64,000 nucleotides of DNA from Nemertoderma westbladi. Lineage: Eukaryota; Animalia; Xenacoelomorpha. The stretch spans positions 1 to 64,000 of the forward strand of contig JAUCBJ010009150.1 in assembly GCA_032718475.1 (NCBI GenBank), written 5' to 3'. The notes under the pieces are model-generated. The model saw only the letters and a program-made list of their open reading frames with translations, was not told where the DNA came from and did no database searches. Below are positions 55,222 through 64,000 of the stretch, one piece after another; positions within the stretch are counted from its first letter, which is position 1; the number at the start of each line of letters is the position of its first letter. Position numbers and translations under genes: made by a program.

Positions 55222-56638
55222 CTGTAAGGGTCCGTAAGTCGTTCTCAACATTATTGTGGGAATCTGGGAAGCCCAAGTTCGCACGGCGTGGGTTCGTGGA
55301 TGCCATAGCACGCGTCCCGACCTGGAGAAAACAATTAAGTGAAAATACAAATGAACAGTGACATGTTATTTAAAAATCTCATATAATTAAATATCAATTA
55401 AACATCAATAAACACAAACACATATTTAATAATAAACAAACACACCAACACTTATATAATGTAGGAATGAATAATTACCCGTTGTAACAATAATTGCAAG
55501 CCAGACGTCCCAACACTTTAATAAATAATTCATTGCGAACGACTTGCTGGTAATGTTGTGAATAAACAGTAAATCTAACCTCTAAATAATCAATTGTAAT
55601 TAAACTTTAAACCAAAGCGATTTTAAATAAGAAACTTTGTTAAACGTAACTTATAATATATTCAGCTACTGAGGAGGCAGCGCTTATTATATATTGGTGT
55701 TGGTGTCTGTAATACAAAGCGAACAAATGTCTGGCCATTGACCTTGTGTCTTTGTGTGAAGCCGCGCTATCCAATAATAAGACGGTATAACAATTATTGG
55801 TTGTTCAAGCAAAGGCAATGTATACGTTAATGTATAATAATATGTTGCTTGGCGTGGGTGGCTGAGGCCTTGGCCTTGGTTGGTTAGTTTCCAGGGTGAT
55901 TGTTCTAGAATATTAAATTATTTACCTTGAGTGAACCAAACCAACCACCCACACAATGCTGAAGCACAGCGCATTGTATCCCAGCCGTCCAGCCCAGCCC
56001 GGCTGGCGCCTCCTACAACACAATGCGCAAGCAGCTCAGCTCAATATTGCTTGAAAATTCTCTTGTAAATATTTTCCAACTCAATAAATAATTACACTTG
56101 AAATGCACTATAGAGGGGTGGGGAGGTGTTAGCGATGTCGCCCGGTGATTCTGAGCGTTTTTGGTGATCATTTGCTTAAAATATATTTTTTATGCTCTAT
56201 CTCGTGGTGTCAGTTAGAACGCGCGAAAATGAAAATCGATGCTCATTTTTGAAAAAAATCGGAAGTTATTTCGGTAAATTGCGGCTAATTTTGGGAAGGG
56301 CTTTTGAGTTGGCAATTTATTATTTAATACAGTTGAATATTTGGCTGAATTGAAGTTCATTAACCCGGGTAATTAAATTGAAATAACAAGTTATTTTGCA
56401 AAATTATGGCTAATTTTGGGAAGGGCTTTTGGAATGGCATTGAAATTGAAATGAAAGGTGTTCTTAGGAGAATTTGAATTAATAACTAGTGCCCTACATA
56501 ACAGCGCAGTGCACTTAATAACGAGTGCCCTACATAACGGCGCAGTGCACTTTATAACGGCGCAGTGCACTTCATAAAGGTGTAGTGCACTTCATAAAAG
56601 GTGTTAGTAGTGCACTTCATAACGATGCAGTGCACTTA

Positions 56639-57621
56639 ATGTTATATGCTATATTTCATGTTATATGCTATAGTACATGCTATGCGATATGCTATATGGT
56701 ATGGTATGGTATATGCTATGCTATATGCTATGCTATATGCTATGCTATTTGCTAGGCTATATGCTATGCTATATGTTATAGGCTATGCTATATGCTATAT
56801 GTCATATGTTAAATGTTATGCTATATGCAATGTCATGCTATATGTTATGGTATATGCCATGTTATGATATATGGTATGCTATATGCGATATGCTATTAGC
56901 TATATGTTATATGTTATGCTATAGTACATGCTATGCTATATGCTATGCTATATGCTATGCTATATGCTATGCTATATGCTATGCTATTTGCTAGGCTATA
57001 TGCTATGCTATATGTTATAGGCTATGCTATATGCTATATGTCATATGTTAAATGTTATGCTATATGCAATGTCATGCTATATGTTATGGTATATGCCATG
57101 TTATGATATATGCTATGCTATGCTATATGTCATATGCTATATGTTAAATGTTATGCTATATGCCATGTTATGTTATATGCTATAGTACATGCTAAGCTAT
57201 ATGCTCTATGCTATGCTATATGCTATATGCAATATATCATATGCTATGCTATGTTATGCTATATGCCATATGCTATGATACATCCTATGCTATATGCAAT
57301 ATATCATATGATATGCTATGTTATGCTATATGCTATGGTACATCCTATGCTATATGCTATGCTATGCTATGCTATATGCTATGCTATATGATATGATATA
57401 TGCTATGCTATATGTTATATACTATATGTTATATGTTATGCTATATGCCACGTTATGCATGCTATGCTATGCTATGCTATGTTATGCTATGCTATCATAT
57501 GTTATGTTGTTCTATGCTATGCTATGCTATGCTATGCTATGTTAAGCTATGATATGCTATGCTATGCTATGCTATGCTATGCTATGTTAAGCAATGATAT
57601 GCTATGTTATGCTATGCTATG
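56639..57621. repeat. Compound TATGC microsatellite
   Basis: Same motif family. Confidence 0.95.
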
Positions 57622-58729
57622 TTTGTCAAAATGACATTTTGACATGTCATTTTGCCAAAATGTCACTTTCGAATTGACATTTTGACATGTCATTTTGCCA
57701 AAATGTCAATGTGTCAATATGTCACTTTCAAATTTACAGTTTGACATGTCATTTTGTAAAATGTCACTTTCAAATTGACATTTTGACATGTCATTTTGCC
57801 AAAATGTCATTTTCAAGTTGACATTTTGACATGTCATTATGCCAAATGTCATTTTCAAGTTGACATTTTGACATGTAATTTTGCCAAAATGTCACTTTCG
57901 AATTGACATTTTGACATGTCATTTTGCCAAAATGTCAATGTGTCAATATGTCACTTTCAAATTGACAGTTTGACATGTCATTTTCTCATAATGTCACTTT
58001 CAAATTGACATTTTGACATGTCAATTTGCCAAAATGTCACTTTCGAATTGACATTTTGACATGTTATTTTGTCAAAATGTCACATTCGAATTGACATTTT
58101 GACATGTCATTTTGCCAAAATGTCAATGAGTCAATATGTCACTTTCAAATTGACAGTTTGACATGTCATTTTGTCAAAATGTCACTTTCAAATTGACATT
58201 TTGACATGTCAATTTGCCAAAATGTCATTTTCAAGTTGACATTTTGACATGTCATTTGCCAAAATGTCAATGTGTCAATATTTCACATTCAAATTGACAG
58301 TTTGACATGTCATTTTGTAAAATGTCACTTTCAAATTGACATTTTGACATGTCATTTTGCCAAAATGTCATTTTCAAGTTGACATTTTGACATGTCATTT
58401 GCCAAAATGTCAATATGTCAATATGCCACTTTCAAATTGACAGTTTGACATGTCATTTTGTCAAAATGTCACTTTCAAATTGACAGTTTGACATGTCATT
58501 TTGTCAAAATGTCACTTTCAAATTGACATTTTGACATGTCATTTTGCCAAATGTCATTTTCAAGTTGACATTTTGACATGTAATTTTGCCAAAATGTCAC
58601 TTTCGAATTGACATTTTGACATGTCATTTTGCCAAAATGTCAATGTGTCAATATGTCACTTTCAAATTGACAGTTTGACATGTCATTTTGTCAAAATGTC
58701 ACTTTCAAATTGACATTTTGACATGTCAT
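57622..58729. repeat. 43-bp TGACA minisatellite
   Basis: Same monomer. Confidence 0.95.
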
Positions 58730-58734
58730 ATTTT

Positions 58735-59479
58735 ATGAGATTTAAGGTATTTTTTCTTGAAAAAGCGAACATAACTTTTCTGAGTCCGTTTCTGTGACAT
58801 TTAAAGAAAAGTTAACTTGTGATACTTCTTTTAGTGTTAAATTAACCGCAGATTCCAAATACAGTAACCGTTTTTACATATGATTTGTAGTTCTCGCGAT
58901 ATTTGGGTTCAAACACAACGTTTTTTGATATTTTACGAAATTTAAGGTATTTTTTCTTGAAAAAGCAAACATAACTATATTCCAAGTCCGTTTCTGTAAC
59001 ATTTAGATAAAAGTTAACTTGTGATACTTCTTTTAGTGTTAAATTAACCGCCGATTCCAAATACAGTAACCGTTTTTACATATGATTTGTAGTTCTCGCG
59101 ATATTTGGGTTCAAACACAACATTTTTTGATATTTTACGAAATTTAAGGTATTTTTTCTTGAAAAAGCAGACATAACTATTCCCAGTCCGTTTCTGTAAC
59201 ATTTAGAGAAAAGTTAACTTGTGATACTTCTTTTAGTGTTAAATTAAAAGCAGATTCCAAATACAGTAACCGTTTTTACTTATGATTTGTAGTTCTCGTG
59301 ATATTTGGGTTCAAACACAACGTTTTTTGATATTTTACGAAATTTAAGGTATTTTTTCTTGAAAAAGCAGACATAACTATTCCCAGTCCGTTTCTGTAAC
59401 ATTTAGAGAAAAGTTCACTTGCGATACTTCTTTTAGTGTTAAATTAACAGCAGATTCCAAATACAGTAACCGTTTTTAC
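58735..59479. repeat. 200-bp satellite, ~3.7 copies
   Basis: Same monomer. Confidence 0.95.
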
Positions 59480-59975
59480 TTAAATTGTAGATTTTGCAAC
59501 AAAAATTAAAAAAAAATACGATTTGAGGGAATCACAACAAAACTTTTTAAGTTTAAAACAACCGGTTATGTTAAACATAACGGTAACGTATAACGGCATA
59601 ACGTTACTAAAAATAACTTCATTTTAATAACAAAATAAACGGATAAACAGATGAGTAACCAGAACCCGGTAGCACAAACATACAGATCAGTAACAGCAGT
59701 ATCAACACCAGATTAGCACAAGACTTAATAAGTAAAATGAAAGCCGACTTCCACCACTGGGTACGAACCTATTGCTTAACGAAATGTCCCTATTTATAAT
59801 CGAATATGGTGCGAGCCACAAAGTCTGTGAGCCATAGCATATAGTTGAATGTAGAGCATGCATGGGCCATTGTCAGTCCGTTGAATTGAGATTTAGAGGG
59901 AAAATCATATCATTAGCCAAAATGGAGCCTTCGCAAAACGTTTATCTAATGAACAATGTCTATTATTTGGCCTAG

Positions 59976-60179
59976 CTAGTACAACTGTATGCCACCGTTC
60001 ACGGACCCCGCCAACCCACCGAGTCCATACAGATCTCCCTTGGGTTCCTCTTGGCCCTCGAAGTATCGTATCTTATCCTTGGGATTGGGGATTATGGTAG
60101 CGCTGCCCGGCTTCCAGTCGATCGGACAGACGTCCCCGTGCTGGTCCGTGTACTGGAAGGCCTGCACGAGACGCAGGGT
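59976..60179 (-). pseudogene. 2-Cys peroxiredoxin C-terminal fragment, copy 9, stop-loss variant
   Basis: Same TAG>TAT allele as copy 7. Confidence 0.9.
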
Positions 60180-61594
60180 CTGTAAGGGTCCGTAAGTCGT
60201 TCTCAACATTATTGTGGGAATCTGGGAAGCCCAAGTTCGCACGGCGTGGGTTCGTGGATGCCATAGCACGCGTCCCGACCTGGAGAAAACAATTAAGTGA
60301 AAATACAAATGAACAGTGACATGTTATTTAAAAATCTCATATAATTAAATATCAATTAAACATCAATAAACACAAACACATATTTAATAATAAACAAACA
60401 CACCAACACTTATATAATGTAGGAATGAATAATTACCCGTTGTAACAATAATTGCAAGCCAGACGTCCCAACACTTTAATAAATAATTCATTGCGAACGA
60501 CTTGCTGGTAATGTTGTGAATAAACAGTAAATCTAAACTCTAAATAATCAATTGTAATTAAACTTTAAACCAAAGCGATTTTAAATAAGAAACTTTGTTA
60601 AACGTAACTTATAATATATTCAGCTACTGAGGAAGCAGCGCTTATTATATATTGGTGTTGGTGTCTGTAATACAAAGCGAACAAATGTCTGGCCATTGAC
60701 CTTGTGTCTTTGTGTGAAGCCGCGCTATCCAATAATAAGACGGTATAACAATTATTGGTTGTTCAAGCAAAGGCAATGTATACGTTAATGTATAATAATA
60801 TGTTGCTTGGCGTGGGTGGCTGAGGCCTTGGCCTTGGTTGGTTAGTTTCCAGGGTGATTGTTCTAGAATATTAAATTATTTACCTTGAGTGAACCAAACC
60901 AACCACCCACACAATGCTGAAGCACAGCGCATTGTATCCCAGCCGTCCAGCCCAGCCCGTCTGGCGCCTCCTACAACACAATGCAAGCAGCTCAGCTCAA
61001 TATTGCTTGAAAATTCTCTTGTAAATATTTTCCAACTCAATAAATAATTACACTTGAAATGCACTATAGAGGGGTGGGGAGGTGTTAGCGATGTCGCCCG
61101 GTGATTCTGAGCGTTTTTGGTGATCATTTGCTTAAAATATATTTTTTATGCTCTATCTCGTGGTGTCAGTTAGAACGCGCGAAAATGAAAATCGATGCTC
61201 ATTTTTGAAAAAAATCGGAAGTTATTTCGGTAAATTGCGGCTAATTTTGGGAAGGGCTTTTGAGTTGGCAATTTATTATTTAATACAGTTGAATATTTGG
61301 CTGAATTGAAGTTCATTAACCCGGGTAATTAAATTGAAATAACAAGTTATTTTGCAAAATTATGGCTAATTTTGGGAAGGGCTTTTGGAATGGCATTGAA
61401 ATTGAAATGAAAGGTGTTCTTAGGAGAATTTGAATTAATAACTAGTGCCCTACATAACAGCGCAGTGCACTTAATAACGAGTGCCCTACATAACGGCGCA
61501 GTGCACTTTATAACGGCGCAGTGCACTTCATAAAGGTGTAGTGCACTTCATAAAAGGTGTTAGTAGTGCACTTCATAACGATGCAGTGCACTTA

Positions 61595-62342
61595 ATGTTA
61601 TATGCTATATTTCATGTTATATGCTATAGTACATGCTATGCGATATGCTATATGGTATGGTATGGTATATGCTATGCTATATGCTATGCTATATGCTATG
61701 CTATTTGCTAGGCTATATGCTATGCTATATGTTATAGGCTATGCTATATGCTATATGTCATATGTTAAATGTTATGCTATATGCAATGTCATGCTATATG
61801 TTATGGTATATGCCATGTTATGATATATGCTATGCTATGCTATATGTCATATGCTATATGTTAAATGTTATGCTATATGCCATGTTATGTTATATGCTAT
61901 AGTACATGCTAAGCTATATGCTCTATGCTATGCTATATGCTATATGCAATATATCATATGCTATGCTATGTTATGCTATATGCCATATGCTATGATACAT
62001 CCTATGCTATATGCAATATATCATATGATATGCTATGTTATGCTATATGCTATGGTACATCCTATGCTATATGCTATGCTATGCTATGCTATGCTATATG
62101 CTATGCTATATGATATGATATATGCTATGCTATATGTTATATACTATATGTTATATGTTATGCTATATGCCACGTTATGCATGCTATGCTATGCTATGCT
62201 ATGTTATGCTATGCTATCATATGTTATGTTGTTCTATGCTATGCTATGCTATGCTATGCTATGTTAAGCTATGATATGCTATGCTATGCTATGCTATGCT
62301 ATGCTATGTTAAGCAATGATATGCTATGTTATGCTATGCTAT
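61595..62342. repeat. Compound TATGC microsatellite
   Basis: Same motif family. Confidence 0.95.
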
Positions 62343-63450
62343 GTTTGTCAAAATGACATTTTGACATGTCATTTTGCCAAAATGTCACTTTCGAATTGAC
62401 ATTTTGACATGTCATTTTGCCAAAATGTCAATGTGTCAATATGTCACTTTCAAATTTACAGTTTGACATGTCATTTTGTAAAATGTCACTTTCAAATTGA
62501 CATTTTGACATGTCATTTTGCCAAAATGTCATTTTCAAGTTGACATTTTGACATGTCATTATGCCAAATGTCATTTTCAAGTTGACATTTTGACATGTAA
62601 TTTTGCCAAAATGTCACTTTCGAATTGACATTTTGACATGTCATTTTGCCAAAATGTCAATGTGTCAATATGTCACTTTCAAATTGACAGTTTGACATGT
62701 CATTTTCTCATAATGTCACTTTCAAATTGACATTTTGACATGTCAATTTGCCAAAATGTCACTTTCGAATTGACATTTTGACATGTTATTTTGTCAAAAT
62801 GTCACATTCGAATTGACATTTTGACATGTCATTTTGCCAAAATGTCAATGAGTCAATATGTCACTTTCAAATTGACAGTTTGACATGTCATTTTGTCAAA
62901 ATGTCACTTTCAAATTGACATTTTGACATGTCAATTTGCCAAAATGTCATTTTCAAGTTGACATTTTGACATGTCATTTGCCAAAATGTCAATGTGTCAA
63001 TATTTCACATTCAAATTGACAGTTTGACATGTCATTTTGTAAAATGTCACTTTCAAATTGACATTTTGACATGTCATTTTGCCAAAATGTCATTTTCAAG
63101 TTGACATTTTGACATGTCATTTGCCAAAATGTCAATATGTCAATATGCCACTTTCAAATTGACAGTTTGACATGTCATTTTGTCAAAATGTCACTTTCAA
63201 ATTGACAGTTTGACATGTCATTTTGTCAAAATGTCACTTTCAAATTGACATTTTGACATGTCATTTTGCCAAATGTCATTTTCAAGTTGACATTTTGACA
63301 TGTAATTTTGCCAAAATGTCACTTTCGAATTGACATTTTGACATGTCATTTTGCCAAAATGTCAATGTGTCAATATGTCACTTTCAAATTGACAGTTTGA
63401 CATGTCATTTTGTCAAAATGTCACTTTCAAATTGACATTTTGACATGTCA
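62343..63450. repeat. 43-bp TGACA minisatellite
   Basis: Copy of the block at 57622. Confidence 0.95.
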
Positions 63451-63456
63451 TATTTT

Positions 63457-64000
63457 ATGAGATTTAAGGTATTTTTTCTTGAAAAAGCGAACATAACTTT
63501 TCTGAGTCCGTTTCTGTGACATTTAAAGAAAAGTTAACTTGTGATACTTCTTTTAGTGTTAAATTAACCGCAGATTCCAAATACAGTAACCGTTTTTACA
63601 TATGATTTGTAGTTCTCGCGATATTTGGGTTCAAACACAACGTTTTTTGATATTTTACGAAATTTAAGGTATTTTTTCTTGAAAAAGCAAACATAACTAT
63701 ATTCCAAGTCCGTTTCTGTAACATTTAGATAAAAGTTAACTTGTGATACTTCTTTTAGTGTTAAATTAACCGCCGATTCCAAATACAGTAACCGTTTTTA
63801 CATATGATTTGTAGTTCTCGCGATATTTGGGTTCAAACACAACATTTTTTGATATTTTACGAAATTTAAGGTATTTTTTCTTGAAAAAGCAGACATAACT
63901 ATTCCCAGTCCGTTTCTGTAACATTTAGAGAAAAGTTAACTTGTGATACTTCTTTTAGTGTTAAATTAAAAGCAGATTCCAAATACAGTAACCGTTTTTA
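63457..64000. repeat. 200-bp satellite running off the window end
   Basis: Same monomer. Confidence 0.95.

Larger units (their letters stand above)
1..64000. repeat. Tandem array of ~12 composite 4-8 kb units (core + 125-bp + 36-bp + TATGC microsatellite + 43-bp + 200-bp modules)
   Basis: The same module order recurs throughout. The Prx-fragment stop position recurs at 7841, 12574, 24517, 29234, 35754, 43895, 51046, 55069 and 60027. Unit length varies mainly through copy number of the internal repeats. Confidence 0.97.

Noticed and set aside
1-64000. rDNA, 5S, histone or snRNA gene array, or an autonomous transposon
   Set aside because: The architecture is spacer-like, but I recognise no rRNA, snRNA, histone, transposase, Rep/helicase or reverse transcriptase sequence.

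Overview
This window is eukaryotic, AT-rich, heterochromatin-like DNA (possibly insect; I cannot fix the taxon). All 64 kb is a head-to-tail array of about 12 copies of one composite unit, 4-8 kb long. Module order on + is always the same: ~1.74 kb unique core, 125-bp repeat, 36-bp GTGCAC repeat, (TATGC)n/(TATATGCTATGC)n microsatellite, 43-bp palindromic TGACA/TGTCA minisatellite, 200-bp satellite. Each core carries, on the - strand, a 153-nt GC3-rich fragment encoding only the C-terminal 50 aa of a typical 2-Cys peroxiredoxin (Prx4-like; resolving Cys and YF motif, no peroxidatic Cys). There are 9 such fragments, and a tenth core is cut by the window start. The last three fragments share a TAG>TAT stop-loss. 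Next to the fragment are four long imperfect fold-backs whose G-U pairs favour a + strand RNA, antisense to the Prx fragment. Two units lack the core, one lacks the 36-bp and microsatellite blocks, one core site shows six indel alleles in ten copies, and there is a 100-N gap at 13680-13779. I see no intact gene, transposase, rRNA, tRNA or CRISPR array. Leading hypothesis (inference only): an amplified small-RNA or structured-RNA locus carrying a captured peroxiredoxin fragment.
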